Below, one piece after another: positions 8,760 to 18,715 of a stretch of DNA of 64,000 nt; position 1 is the stretch's first letter; the number at the start of each line of letters is the position of its first letter. The stretch lies in IMG/VR virus record IMGVR_UViG_2721755486_000003. One strand, written 5' to 3'. The notes under the pieces are model-generated. The model did no database searches. It was not told where the DNA came from and saw only the letters and a program-made list of their open reading frames with translations. The position numbers and the translations under genes are program-made. This DNA is from a virus (Duplodnaviria; Caudoviricetes).

Positions 8760-8890
8760 CCGCTCTCCCCATCGTGCCGGGCCACACGTACCACGTCCAC
8801 GGCGCCGGCCTCTCGCTCACCGTGATCGCTCAGAACCCCGTCGATGCCATCTGCGTGGCGCTCGACATCATCCTGGAGTCGCTGCAATGA
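8756..8890 (+). CDS. Small hypothetical protein
   Basis: ATGA-coupled on both sides. Confidence 0.55.
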   Translation: MTALPIVPGHTYHVHGAGLSLTVIAQNPVDAICVALDIILESLQ

Positions 8891-9681
8891 ACATCGTCAC
8901 CATCCGCGCCAGCTCGCTGGCAGAGTTATTCGACTGCCCGGCGCGCTGGGAAGCCAAGCACATCCTGGGCATGCGCATGCCTTCGAGCGGCGCATCGCAC
9001 CTGGGCACCGCTGTGCACGCCGGCACGGCCGCTTTCGACCAGGCCGTGCTGGACGGCGCGCCCATCACCGCGGACGACGCGGCCGCCGCCGTGGTGGATT
9101 CGATCCACGACAAGGATGCCGAGGTCGACTGGGAGGACAGCGACCCGGCCACCGCCGAGCGCATTGCGCTGGCCCTGCACACCCGGTACTGCGTCGAGAT
9201 CGCGCCGCGCCAGCACTACATCGGCGTCGAGGTGAAATGCGAGCGCCTGGAGATCCCCGAGCTGGGCCTCGCGCTGACCGGCACGACCGACCGCGTGCGC
9301 ACCACCGAGGCCGGCGCCGGCATCAGCGACCTCAAGACGGGCGGCCGCGCCGTCGGCACCGATGGCGTGGCGGTCACCGCCGGCCACGGGCCGCAGCTGG
9401 GCGTCTATGAGCTGCTGGCCGAGCACGCCATGGGCATCCCCATCAGCGCACCGGCGCAGATCGTCGGCATGAACACCGGCAAGACGGCCGCCGGCCAACG
9501 CGTGGGCACCGGCGAGATCGAGTCGCCGCGCACCGCGCTGTTGGGCACCGAGGATCAGCCCGGCCTGCTGCAGCACGCCTCGCGCCTGATCCAGTCCGGC
9601 GCCTTCTACGGCAACGGCAAGTCCTTCCTGTGCTCGGCGAAGTACTGCCCGCGCCACGCCACCTGCCCCTACAAGAGCTGA
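8887..9681 (+). CDS. PD-(D/E)XK (RecB-like) exonuclease
   Basis: CPARW, GTAVH, GTTD, DLKTG, QLGVY, C-terminal Cys cluster. Confidence 0.88.
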   Translation: MNIVTIRASSLAELFDCPARWEAKHILGMRMPSSGASHLGTAVHAGTAAFDQAVLDGAPITADDAAAAVVDSIHDKDAEVDWEDSDPATAERIALALHTRYCVEIAPRQHYIGVEVKCERLEIPELGLALTGTTDRVRTTEAGAGISDLKTGGRAVGTDGVAVTAGHGPQLGVYELLAEHAMGIPISAPAQIVGMNTGKTAAGQRVGTGEIESPRTALLGTEDQPGLLQHASRLIQSGAFYGNGKSFLCSAKYCPRHATCPYKS

Positions 9682-9688
9682 GGCAGCC

Positions 9689-10180
9689 ATGCAGCGCATC
9701 CCTCTCGAAGGCAAGGTGTTCGGCAAGTGGACAGTGCTGTCCCGCGCCATGAACCCGCCCGCGCCAACGCGATACCTGTGCCGATGTGCGTGCGGCGTTG
9801 AGCGCGTCATCGCCTCGCAGACGCTGCGCAGCGGCGAGTCTCGGTCGTGCGGCTGCCTTCGCGCCGAGATGATGCGCGCAAAGCAGACCAAGCACGGGCA
9901 CTACGCATCACCGACCTATCGCAGCTGGCGCGCGATGCTCGCTCGCTGCAGTGATCCCACCCACGAGCAGTTCAAGGACTACGGCGGCAGAGGGATCAAG
10001 GTCGCCGAAGCCTGGAAAACCAGCTTCCAAGCCTTTCTCGCGGACATGGGCGAGCGCCCGCCAGACAAGACGCTGGACCGCATCGAAAGCAACGGCAACT
10101 ACGAACCCGGCAACTGCCGGTGGGCCACACGAACCGAGCAGAACCGCAACAAACGAGCCACCGCAAAGGACACGCAATGA
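9689..10180 (+). CDS. HNH-type homing endonuclease-like protein
   Basis: CRCACG, SCGC, YGGRGI, TLDRIESNGNYEPGNCRWAT. Confidence 0.85.
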   Translation: MQRIPLEGKVFGKWTVLSRAMNPPAPTRYLCRCACGVERVIASQTLRSGESRSCGCLRAEMMRAKQTKHGHYASPTYRSWRAMLARCSDPTHEQFKDYGGRGIKVAEAWKTSFQAFLADMGERPPDKTLDRIESNGNYEPGNCRWATRTEQNRNKRATAKDTQ

Positions 10181-11253
10181 CCGCCACCACTACCCTCGCC
10201 GAGATGAAACAGAGCGCCGGCCCGCGCGAAGCGCAGATGCCGACCGTCCGCGCCGGCTTCTTCGATCTCCAAGGCTTCGAGCTCATGCAGCGCGTCGCCA
10301 AGGCTTTCGTGAGCACCGACCTCGTGCCCAAGGCCTACCGCGGCAACCTGGCCAGCTGCATGATCGCGCTGAACATGGCGCAGCGTATGAACGCGGACCC
10401 GATCTTCATTATGCAGAACCTGTACGACGTGCACGGGCAACCGAGCTGGTCGAGCAAGTTCCTGATCGCCACGGTCAACGCCTGCGGCCGCTACGCCTCG
10501 CTCAAGTACGAATGGCGCAACGAGGACAAGCCCGGCTCCGAGGACTACGGCTGCCGCGCCTGGACCACCGAGAAGGCAACGGGCGAGCGCCTGAATGGGG
10601 TCTGGGTGACCTGGAAGATGGTCCGCGCCGAGGGCTGGGACTCGAAGAACGGGTCCAAGTGGAAGACCATGCCCGACCAGATGTTCATGTACCGGGCGGC
10701 GGCATTCTGGGCGCGCACCAACGCACCCGAACTGAGCATGGGCCTGCCGACAGTGGAAGAGTCGATGGACATCATCGACGTCCATCCGGACGGCACGTTC
10801 AGTGTCTCCGGCGCCACGGTGGACGAACTGCGTGGCGGCGCGCGACAGCCACGCGCGCAGCGCGCCCAGCCTGCCCGCCCTGCCGAAGTGGTCGAACGCC
10901 AGCCCGAGACGTTCGCCACGACCTCCGGCGATGACGCGCCCACCGGCACTGCCGAGGGTGACCAGGAAGACGACCTGCTGCCGCCCGACGATGGCGACCC
11001 GGGCACGACCACCGACGCCGCCGGCGCCCGCACCTTCCAGGAAGTGAACCGCGAGCTGCTGGGCGCGAAGTCCGTCGAGGATCTCGACTATGCCCGCAGC
11101 CTGATCCGCGACGTGGCCGACGAGAAGGAAAAGGCCTCGCTCAACCAGGTGGCCGCGCGCCGCATGCGCGAGTTGGCCTCGCCGGCGGACGCCGAACCGG
11201 CCGCTGCAGCCCAGCCGGCGCGTCGCACGCGCACCCCGATCGGCGCCGAGTGA
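10177..11253 (+). CDS. RecT-like single-strand annealing protein
   Basis: LVPKAYRGN..CMIAL, MQNLY, W..MPDQMFMYRA; acidic tail; follows exonuclease. Confidence 0.8.
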   Translation: MTATTTLAEMKQSAGPREAQMPTVRAGFFDLQGFELMQRVAKAFVSTDLVPKAYRGNLASCMIALNMAQRMNADPIFIMQNLYDVHGQPSWSSKFLIATVNACGRYASLKYEWRNEDKPGSEDYGCRAWTTEKATGERLNGVWVTWKMVRAEGWDSKNGSKWKTMPDQMFMYRAAAFWARTNAPELSMGLPTVEESMDIIDVHPDGTFSVSGATVDELRGGARQPRAQRAQPARPAEVVERQPETFATTSGDDAPTGTAEGDQEDDLLPPDDGDPGTTTDAAGARTFQEVNRELLGAKSVEDLDYARSLIRDVADEKEKASLNQVAARRMRELASPADAEPAAAAQPARRTRTPIGAE

Positions 11254-11264
11254 GATAGACGGCC

Positions 11265-11945
11265 ATGGACAAGTTCCAATTCATGGGCAACGCGACCATC
11301 CTGCACCTGAACACCAGGAAGGAAGGCCCCGAGGACGCGCAAGAACTGGCGGTCGACCTGAAGCTGAAGGCGACGGCCGACGTCATGATCACGCGCTACT
11401 TCGACGAGCAGCTGGCCACCTTCGTCTTCCTGTCGAACGGCGCGGTGCGCAACAAGGTCATGGGCCCCATCACCTTCGCCCATGAGCTGGAGAGTTACCG
11501 CCTGGACATGGTCGGCAGCACCTTCACCGGCGTGCGCGTCAAGAAGTTTGCGCTCGAACCCAAGGACGGCTTCAAGGTCGGTGTGACCTTCGCGGTCTCG
11601 TTCAAGCCCAGCGGCGACGAGGTGGCGCGCGTCGCCGAGTTCCTGCAGGACGAGATTGACCTGTGCCTGACGCCGAGCGACAGCGAACTGGACTTCGGCG
11701 ACGGCGGCGCGGCTCACAGTCACGTCAACACCTACGACGGCGCCGACGACGAGCTGCTTCCGGCGGCGCGTGAGCTGGTCGCCAGCCACCGCAGCGCGTC
11801 CATTTCCCTGGTCCAGCGCCATCTTCGCATCGGCTACAACCGCGCCGCCCGCCTCCTTGAGGCCCTCGAAGCACGAGGCGACGTGTCAGCCACCGACGCC
11901 GCTGGGAATCGCATGGTCCTGATCACCGCAGAGGCAACAGCATGA
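11265..11945 (+). CDS. Protein with C-terminal FtsK gamma domain
   Basis: DELL...ASISLVQRHLRIGYNRAARLLEALEARG. Confidence 0.85.
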   Translation: MDKFQFMGNATILHLNTRKEGPEDAQELAVDLKLKATADVMITRYFDEQLATFVFLSNGAVRNKVMGPITFAHELESYRLDMVGSTFTGVRVKKFALEPKDGFKVGVTFAVSFKPSGDEVARVAEFLQDEIDLCLTPSDSELDFGDGGAAHSHVNTYDGADDELLPAARELVASHRSASISLVQRHLRIGYNRAARLLEALEARGDVSATDAAGNRMVLITAEATA

Positions 11946-13681
11946 AGATCACCGCCATCCACATCCGCAACTTCCTGGGCATCCAGGCCGCCGACATCAT
12001 CCCGGCCACGCCGGTCTCGCTGATCTGCGGCCCGAACGGCGCCGGCAAGAGTTCGATTCAAGAGGCTGTCCGCCTGGCGCTGGCCGGCGAGAGCGTGCGC
12101 GTCGGCCTGAAGAAGGACTACGGCCAGCTGCTGCACGACGGCGCCGAGACGGGCTCGATCGTCGTCTCGGCCGGCCCTCAGGCCAACAGCGTGCCCCTGC
12201 CCTCCGGCAAGGCCAAGAACGGGCTGCCCGACGATCCGCGCCTGGCCTACGTGCTGGACGCCCAGCGCTTCGCCAGCTTGGACGAGAAGGCGCGCCGCGC
12301 GTTCCTCTTCGACCTGATGGGCCTGAAGCTGGGGACCGACATGGTGCGTGAGCGCCTGGCCGCCCGCGGCTGCGATGCGAAGAAGATCGCGGCCGTCCTG
12401 CCGCTGGTGCGTGCCGGCTTCGACGCGGCCGCCAAGGAAGCGCAGACCAAGGCCACCGCCGCCAAGGGCGCCTGGCGCGCGCTGACGAACGAGAACTACG
12501 GCGCCGTGAAGGCGGCCGACTGGACCGCGCCGGTCCCCGCCGGTGGCCCGGCGCCCCAGGATGCCGCCGCCGCGATCGCCGAGCTCGAAGCCGAGATCGC
12601 GGAGGCCACCGGCGACGCCGGCGACCTGCAGCGCCAGTTGGGCCAGATGGACGCGGCTGAGCAGCAGCGCCGGCAGCGCGCCGAGAAAATCGCCGGGCTG
12701 GTGTCCAAGGCCGACCAACTGCCGAAGGCGGAAGAATCCGTCGCGCGCGCCCTGGCCGAACGCGATGCCTTCCTGCCCAAAGTGGAAGCCCTGCGCGCGG
12801 CCGCCGGCGGCAAGCAGGCCGGCGTGTCGTGCACCTGCCCGGAATGCGGCGCCCTGCTGCAGTACCTGGCCGGCCAGCTGGCGCAGCGCGGGGTCGCCCA
12901 GGCCGACCCGGACGCCGCCGGCCGGCTGCCCGAGTACGAGCGCAGCCTGACCGTGCTGGAGAACGCCCTGAAAAGCCGCACGGCCGAGCGCGACGCCGCG
13001 GCGGCGGCCGCCAACCAAGCCGAGCTGCTGCGCAAGGACGCCGCGGCCGACGCCGGCGACGACGCCGAGCTGCGCGGCAAAATCGAGAGCGAGCTGAAGA
13101 CCCTGCAGGAAGCCATCAAGGGCGTCGGCGAAGAACTGACCGCCGCGCGCGCGGCGCAGCGCGCTGCCGGCGAGGCCGCCGAGCTGACCCGCAAGGCCGG
13201 CCAGCACCACGCCGACGTGGTCGCCTGGGAAGCCCTGGCCGAGGCCCTGGGCCCCAGCGGCATCCCGGCCGACCTGCTGGCCGAGGCCCTGGGCCCCATC
13301 AACGAGCAGTTGGCGGCCGCGGCAAACCTGTCCGAGTGGTTCCGGGTCGGCATCGAGCGCGACATGACCATCACCGCCGGCGACGGCCGGCTCTATGCCC
13401 TGCTGTCCGAATCCGAGCAGTGGCGCGCGGACGCCATGGTCGCCTACGCCATTGGCAAGCTCACCGGCCTGCGCCTGCTGGTGCTCGACCGCGCGGACGT
13501 GCTGATCGGCGCCGAGCGCGACCGGCTCTTCTGGTGGCTGGCTGACCTGGCTGACGCCGGCGAGATCGACACCGCGCTGGTGTTCATGAGCCTCAAGAGC
13601 ATGCCGACGGGGCTGCCCGAGGGGATCACCCCCTTCTGGGTGCAGGACCACCAGGTCGGCACTGTGCGGGAGGCGGCGTGA
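11942..13681 (+). CDS. SbcC/Rad50-like coiled-coil ATPase
   Basis: Walker A GPNGAGKS, CPEC hook, LSESE signature, LLVLD Walker B. Confidence 0.85.
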   Translation: MKITAIHIRNFLGIQAADIIPATPVSLICGPNGAGKSSIQEAVRLALAGESVRVGLKKDYGQLLHDGAETGSIVVSAGPQANSVPLPSGKAKNGLPDDPRLAYVLDAQRFASLDEKARRAFLFDLMGLKLGTDMVRERLAARGCDAKKIAAVLPLVRAGFDAAAKEAQTKATAAKGAWRALTNENYGAVKAADWTAPVPAGGPAPQDAAAAIAELEAEIAEATGDAGDLQRQLGQMDAAEQQRRQRAEKIAGLVSKADQLPKAEESVARALAERDAFLPKVEALRAAAGGKQAGVSCTCPECGALLQYLAGQLAQRGVAQADPDAAGRLPEYERSLTVLENALKSRTAERDAAAAAANQAELLRKDAAADAGDDAELRGKIESELKTLQEAIKGVGEELTAARAAQRAAGEAAELTRKAGQHHADVVAWEALAEALGPSGIPADLLAEALGPINEQLAAAANLSEWFRVGIERDMTITAGDGRLYALLSESEQWRADAMVAYAIGKLTGLRLLVLDRADVLIGAERDRLFWWLADLADAGEIDTALVFMSLKSMPTGLPEGITPFWVQDHQVGTVREAA

Positions 13682-13863
13682 TGGTCAGCACCACCACCAT
13701 GATTCAGCGGCTGGAAGGGCTGCTGGGCACCGACGACCTGAACACCTCGGAACAGAGCTTCGTGCGCTCGCTGGCGACGCGCATGCACGCTGGCGAGGTG
13801 ACGAAGCTCAGCGGCGACCAGGTCGAGAAGCTGGACGAGCTCCACGGGAGGCATTTCGCATGA
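13681..13863 (+). CDS. Hypothetical phage protein
   Basis: Coupled ORF with RBS. Confidence 0.7.
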   Translation: MVSTTTMIQRLEGLLGTDDLNTSEQSFVRSLATRMHAGEVTKLSGDQVEKLDELHGRHFA

Positions 13864-14174
13864 ACCTCCCCCGCCACTTCACCCGCACCAACGTCCTGAC
13901 GCACCTGCGCGAGAACGCCGGCAAGCGCTACACGCCCACCCAGATCGGCCACCTGTTCAAGCGGCCGACCGACCAGGCGCGCGAGATGCTGAGCGAGCTG
14001 TTCGAGGCTGGCCAGGTCCGCCGCATGGTCGACGGCAAGACCCGGATGTTCTTCATCCCGGCGCCGGAAGAGCTGCGCGAGCGGCCGACGCGCATCGTGG
14101 GCACCGGCGAGCTGCGCGGCTGGGAAGCCAGCCTGCGGCGCTTCTCGGACCTCTGCATGCTGGCGCGAGGCTGA
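13860..14174 (+). CDS. Putative winged-helix protein
   Basis: Coupled ORF; wHTH-like pattern. Confidence 0.6.
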   Translation: MNLPRHFTRTNVLTHLRENAGKRYTPTQIGHLFKRPTDQAREMLSELFEAGQVRRMVDGKTRMFFIPAPEELRERPTRIVGTGELRGWEASLRRFSDLCMLARG

Positions 14175-14176
14175 CC

Positions 14177-14428
14177 ATGGACCAGACCCTGATCAACGAC
14201 CTGCACCAGCGCGTAGCCACCGCCGAGCGCGAGCGCGACGAGGCGCAGCAGCTGCTGGCCATCGGCCGCGAGTCGGCGGTCCTCACCGCGGCGCGCGTGC
14301 TCGAGCTGGAACGGCTGGCGGCAGCTATCAACCACGCCGCGGCGAAGAGCCCCTTCCAGGCGCTCAGCCGCTGGGTGCACTTCGGGCCCGAGGCCGATCT
14401 TCTGAAACGGATGCGAGACGCAGCATGA
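14177..14428 (+). CDS. Hypothetical phage protein
   Basis: Coupled ORF. Confidence 0.65.
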   Translation: MDQTLINDLHQRVATAERERDEAQQLLAIGRESAVLTAARVLELERLAAAINHAAAKSPFQALSRWVHFGPEADLLKRMRDAA

Positions 14429-14697
14429 CCACCACCAAGACCAAGTACGAAAAACTCGACGCCCTGATCATGGCCGCCATCGTTGGCAACCCGATCGACT
14501 TCAACTCTATCTACCAGCGGAACGTCAAGAAGGAGTGCGAGCGCATCGCGGACGAAGACAACAAGGCGCGCGACCTCCCGAAGTGGCGCGAAATTCATGG
14601 CTGGCGCATTCTGGACCGCCGCCTGCAGGCCCTGCGCAAGGCCGGGAAGATCCGCCACACCGGCAAGGGCTGGGTACGTGCCCAGGAGGCAGCATGA
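14425..14697 (+). CDS. Hypothetical phage protein
   Basis: RILDRRLQALRKAGKI motif; coupled. Confidence 0.7.
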   Translation: MTTTKTKYEKLDALIMAAIVGNPIDFNSIYQRNVKKECERIADEDNKARDLPKWREIHGWRILDRRLQALRKAGKIRHTGKGWVRAQEAA

Positions 14698-15596
14698 CGC
14701 GCAATCAAACACGCGAGGCGCAGGCATGGCTGCTCAACGTGATGGGCGATCACGACTTCACGATGCCGGCGGTGGCGTTCGACACGATCGTCGCCGCCCT
14801 CTCGCAGCAGAGCGAGCCAAGCGCATGGGTGCATGAGGACGACCCTACGCGCGTTATCTCGGCCGCTCAGAAGGCGGGAGCAGTGCGCGATGGTGGCGCA
14901 AGCGCTTCTTCTGTCCGACCTTACTCGTTGGCTGCCTTCGTTTGCCAGGCGCAGAGCGCATCGCTCCTCGACGCAAAGGCAGCGTTCGAAGTGTGGGCCC
15001 GTGGCCAGGGCCTGGACCCTCTGCCGGCCAGCGAGGGCTCGCTCCGCACCTATCGCTACCTCGAAACAGAGCATGCATGGCGAGGCTGGGCCAACAGCAA
15101 GCCGAGCGCATCGCCTGCCGCGCTGACAGATGAGCCAAGATGGGCACGCGCTGGGCTCACCGAGCATGAGGTGCAGCAAATCGCGTGGTCATACTTCCAT
15201 GATGGCGATACGGACTTGGGAGACATAAAGGCCGCCATCAAGCGTGCGCTCTGTGTCGCTGTGGATCGCGCTCTGCTCGCCTCCAAGCCCAGCGAGACGC
15301 GCGATGCGGACGAGTACGAAATGCGCGCGGACGGCAAGCGTGTGCACAAGGGCCGCTGGGAGGACGGCTTCCGCAGCATCGTCTCCATCGTGCGTGGGCC
15401 GCGCGGCGGCTTCGAGATTGACGAGATTGTGGAGCTGGTGCGCGGGTTGGCGCTTGATGCGGAGCGGTATCGACTGGCGCGGCGTGGGCAGCATTGGAGC
15501 GTGGTCGACGGCATTGGAAACGCGTTGCGGGCGGAGGAACTGGATGCCGCCATCGACGCCGCCCTGGCCGCCCAGCGCGAGGGAGGTGCGGCATGA
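14694..15596 (+). CDS. Mosaic hypothetical phage protein
   Basis: DAERYR...LDAAIDAA module; ends AQREGGAA. Confidence 0.7.
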   Translation: MTRNQTREAQAWLLNVMGDHDFTMPAVAFDTIVAALSQQSEPSAWVHEDDPTRVISAAQKAGAVRDGGASASSVRPYSLAAFVCQAQSASLLDAKAAFEVWARGQGLDPLPASEGSLRTYRYLETEHAWRGWANSKPSASPAALTDEPRWARAGLTEHEVQQIAWSYFHDGDTDLGDIKAAIKRALCVAVDRALLASKPSETRDADEYEMRADGKRVHKGRWEDGFRSIVSIVRGPRGGFEIDEIVELVRGLALDAERYRLARRGQHWSVVDGIGNALRAEELDAAIDAALAAQREGGAA

Positions 15597-17464
15597 TCCG
15601 CCGCGAGTACAGAACGTTCGGCTTTTGCTGCGGCCTTGGCGGGGGTGCCAAAGGCTTCAAGAAGGCGGCCTCGCGCGTTGGCAACATGATCGCGACCTGG
15701 CGCTGCATCGGGGGCATCGATGTGGACCCGGCCGCGGCGCGGGACTTCGAGATGCTCGTGGGTGTGCCATGCACGGTCATGGACCTATTCACGCGACAGC
15801 AATACACCGCCTTCTGGGACAAGGAGCCGCCAGCTGGCTGGCGCGAAGCACTGCCTATCGACATCCGGCGCGCCGCCGGCAACGAGCGGCCACATTGCGT
15901 GTTCATCTCGTCGCCGTGCAAAGGCGCGTCCGGCCTCCTGTCGGAGGCGCTGAGTCGCACGCCGAAGTACCAGGCGCTCAACGAGCTGACCCTACGATGC
16001 GTCTGGCTGATGTGCGAGGCGTGGAAGGACGACCCGCCCGAGCTGATCGTCTTCGAGAACGTGCCACGGTTGGCCACGCGCGGCCGGCACCTGCTCGACC
16101 AGATCGGCCAGATCCTGCGGCACTATGGCTATGCGGTGAACGAGACCACGCACGACTGTGGTGTGATCGGCGGCCTGGCACAGAGCCGCAAGCGGTTCCT
16201 CCTGGTCGCACGGCACACCGCGAAGGTGCCAGCCTTCTTGTACGAGCCGCCTGTGCGACGACTGCAAGGCGTCGGTACAGTGCTCGGCCGTATGCCGCTG
16301 CCCGGTGCGACCGCCGGCGGCCCGATGCACCGCGTGCCAGCGCTGCAGTGGAAGACGTGGGTGCGCTTGGCCTTTGTCGAGGCCGGCAGCGACTGGCGCA
16401 GCCTGAACAAGCTGGCGGTTCAGGACGGCTACCTGAGCGACTACCTGATCCTGCCCGAGCGCCGCGGTGGCCATCTGGGCGTGGTGGACTGGCACGAGCC
16501 AGCCGGCACCGTGGCTGGCGAATCGCTGCCGACGAATGGGGCATTCTCGGTGGCAGATCCTCGTCACGCAGCCGGCGCGGCCCAATACCAGCAGTACGGA
16601 GTTCTCCGCTGGGGCGAGGCGTCCGGTGCCATCACGGCCGGCACCAATCCCGGGCAGGGCACGTTCAGCGTCGCGGATCCACGCCATGACGGCACGCCGA
16701 AGCACAACAACGAGTTCCGGATCGTGCCGTGGCAGCAGGCTGCTGGCGCCGTTACCAGTGCCCACGGCACCGGGCAGTGCGTGCAGGATCCGCGCGCCTC
16801 AACCGGCTTCGAAGGCGCAGGAAAGTACCGCGTCACCGGCTACGACGAACCGGCCGGCACGGTCATCGCGCGCAGCGACACCGGCCAAGGCGCATTTGCT
16901 GTGGCCGACCCGCGCCCGGGTATGCGCCGCGAGCGCGGCGATGCCTACCTGACCGGCGGTCACTACGGCGTGGTCGGCTGGGATCAGCACAGCGGCGCCG
17001 TCTCGGCAGCTGCCGGTCATGACAACGGGCGATGGTCGGTCGCTGACCCGCGGTTGCCCCTGGCCAACGACAAGCTGGTAGCCGTCATCCGCGCGTTGGA
17101 TGGAACTTGGCACCGCCCCTTCACCACGCTGGAGCTGGCGGCCCTGCAGAGCCTCATCGATCCGGCCGAGCTGTGGTCAGCTGACCCGAAGGTCCAGCGG
17201 GAAATCGATACCTTCGACGCGCACAACCGCGCCGCCCTGCTTGGCCCCAAGGCCTTCAAGTTGGATGGCGAGAGCGACCAGGCCTGGCGCGAGCGCATCG
17301 GCAACGCGGTACCGCCGGATGCCGCCCAGGCGATCGCCGAGGTGATGGGCACCACGCTACTGCTGGCGGAAACCGGCGAGACGTTCATGCTGTCGGCCAC
17401 GCCGGTTTGGGTGCGCCCGGTGGCCGTTGCGCTCTCCGTTGCGCAACAGGCGGAGGCTGCTTGA
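15593..17464 (+). CDS. DNA cytosine-C5 methyltransferase with internal repeats
   Basis: CGLGGG, SSPCKG, FENV, QSRKR, IGNAV; five V(A/Q)DPR repeats. Confidence 0.9.
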   Translation: MIRREYRTFGFCCGLGGGAKGFKKAASRVGNMIATWRCIGGIDVDPAAARDFEMLVGVPCTVMDLFTRQQYTAFWDKEPPAGWREALPIDIRRAAGNERPHCVFISSPCKGASGLLSEALSRTPKYQALNELTLRCVWLMCEAWKDDPPELIVFENVPRLATRGRHLLDQIGQILRHYGYAVNETTHDCGVIGGLAQSRKRFLLVARHTAKVPAFLYEPPVRRLQGVGTVLGRMPLPGATAGGPMHRVPALQWKTWVRLAFVEAGSDWRSLNKLAVQDGYLSDYLILPERRGGHLGVVDWHEPAGTVAGESLPTNGAFSVADPRHAAGAAQYQQYGVLRWGEASGAITAGTNPGQGTFSVADPRHDGTPKHNNEFRIVPWQQAAGAVTSAHGTGQCVQDPRASTGFEGAGKYRVTGYDEPAGTVIARSDTGQGAFAVADPRPGMRRERGDAYLTGGHYGVVGWDQHSGAVSAAAGHDNGRWSVADPRLPLANDKLVAVIRALDGTWHRPFTTLELAALQSLIDPAELWSADPKVQREIDTFDAHNRAALLGPKAFKLDGESDQAWRERIGNAVPPDAAQAIAEVMGTTLLLAETGETFMLSATPVWVRPVAVALSVAQQAEAA

Positions 17465-17466
17465 TG

Positions 17467-17991
17467 TTAGTGAATATTTTTCACCTCGGTTTCGATCTTG
17501 CCTCGAATGTCTTCGATGGCAGTTCGCATCTGCTTGAGCGCCTTGAAGAAGGCCTCAAACTGCGCCGCGTCCATTTCGCGATGGAACTCCAGCGCCGCCG
17601 CCACCTGCTCCTTCAGTTGCCGGGTCAGCGACCCCAGCATGATGACAAAAGTAACGAGGTTCGCGGTGTTGAGCTCGTGCAGAGGGATGCCCGACACGCT
17701 GCGGTCAATCTGCACGAGAACCTGCTGGTCAAAATGCTTGTTGCCCTGGGCGATGTCGTATACGGCCTGACGATCAGGGATCTCTTTGATGACATGCCCG
17801 GCAGTGTCGCGCGCAGCCTCAGCAATCTTCTGCACCGCTTCGCCAAGAGTCTTGCGCGCGTGCTGCCTGTCGGAGCGCTGCAACCGGACGCTGGTATGCC
17901 CGGCCCACCAGATAGCCGCGACCGATGCCACCGCCTGAACCCATCCAGCCAGTGCAGGATGCGCTTCGATCCAACCCAGGATGCCTGCCAT
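17467..17991 (-). CDS. Membrane-anchored hypothetical protein (antisense moron)
   Basis: N-terminal AGWVQAVASVAAIW TM then helical domain; lower GC. Confidence 0.7.
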   Translation of the reverse strand: MAGILGWIEAHPALAGWVQAVASVAAIWWAGHTSVRLQRSDRQHARKTLGEAVQKIAEAARDTAGHVIKEIPDRQAVYDIAQGNKHFDQQVLVQIDRSVSGIPLHELNTANLVTFVIMLGSLTRQLKEQVAAALEFHREMDAAQFEAFFKALKQMRTAIEDIRGKIETEVKNIH

Positions 17992-18715
17992 GCGTGAACT
18001 CCCTATTCTCTTTTCTGGCGCCATGGTACGCGCCGTCCTCGACGGCCGGAAGACGCAGACGCGGCGCGTGGTGAAGCCGCAGCCAGGCCCGTACTGGAAC
18101 CCTCTCGTCGGAGCCTACAACCCTACCGTCATCGCCAATGGCGGATATGAAGTGCCCGGTTCGGAAATCTTCGGCGCATCGGATGAAACAGAAGGTCGTA
18201 AGAGCCCTTACGGTCAGTCTGGCGATCGCCTGTGGGTGCGCGAGACGTGGGCACAGCCGGCAGCGCTGGACCCGGGCCCGACCGTCTATCGCGCAGACTA
18301 CCCGGCCTGCGTGCCGGCCGGCTTCGAAAACGTCCCGCCAGCCGAGACGATTACCTGGAAGCCGAGCATCCACATGCCGCGCGCGCTGTGCCGGCTGATG
18401 CTGGAGATCAGCGGCGTGCGCGTCGAGCGGCTGCAGGACATTAGCGAGGAGGACGCGCTGGCCGAGGGCGTGGCGCAGGTGGACGTCGAGCGGTATGAGC
18501 CAGACCACTCCATCTGCCGCTGGTGCGGCGGAACTCGTCTCTACACCGCCATCAGTGCTGGCGGTGGTGCCCTGCCGGATACGGACTGCCTGCACTGCGA
18601 CACGCACGTGAAGCGGTACGAGCAACTGTGGGAAGAGATCAACGGCGCCGGCACCTGGGAGACCAATCCCTGGGTGTGGGTGGTGGAGTTTAGGAGGGTC
18701 CAATGCGCGAACTGA
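17990..18715 (+). CDS. Conserved phage protein (ASCH/PUA-like)
   Basis: PILFSGAMVRAVLDGRKTQTRR, GDRLWVRETW, WKPSIHMPR, NPWVWVVEF. Confidence 0.85.
   Translation: MRELPILFSGAMVRAVLDGRKTQTRRVVKPQPGPYWNPLVGAYNPTVIANGGYEVPGSEIFGASDETEGRKSPYGQSGDRLWVRETWAQPAALDPGPTVYRADYPACVPAGFENVPPAETITWKPSIHMPRALCRLMLEISGVRVERLQDISEEDALAEGVAQVDVERYEPDHSICRWCGGTRLYTAISAGGGALPDTDCLHCDTHVKRYEQLWEEINGAGTWETNPWVWVVEFRRVQCAN

Noticed and set aside
11834-13651. 605-aa minus-strand ORF and similar long shadow ORFs (1574-2710, 41306-42580, 50998-52308)
   Set aside because: Antisense or out-of-frame shadows of real GC-rich genes, with no motifs and no coupling evidence
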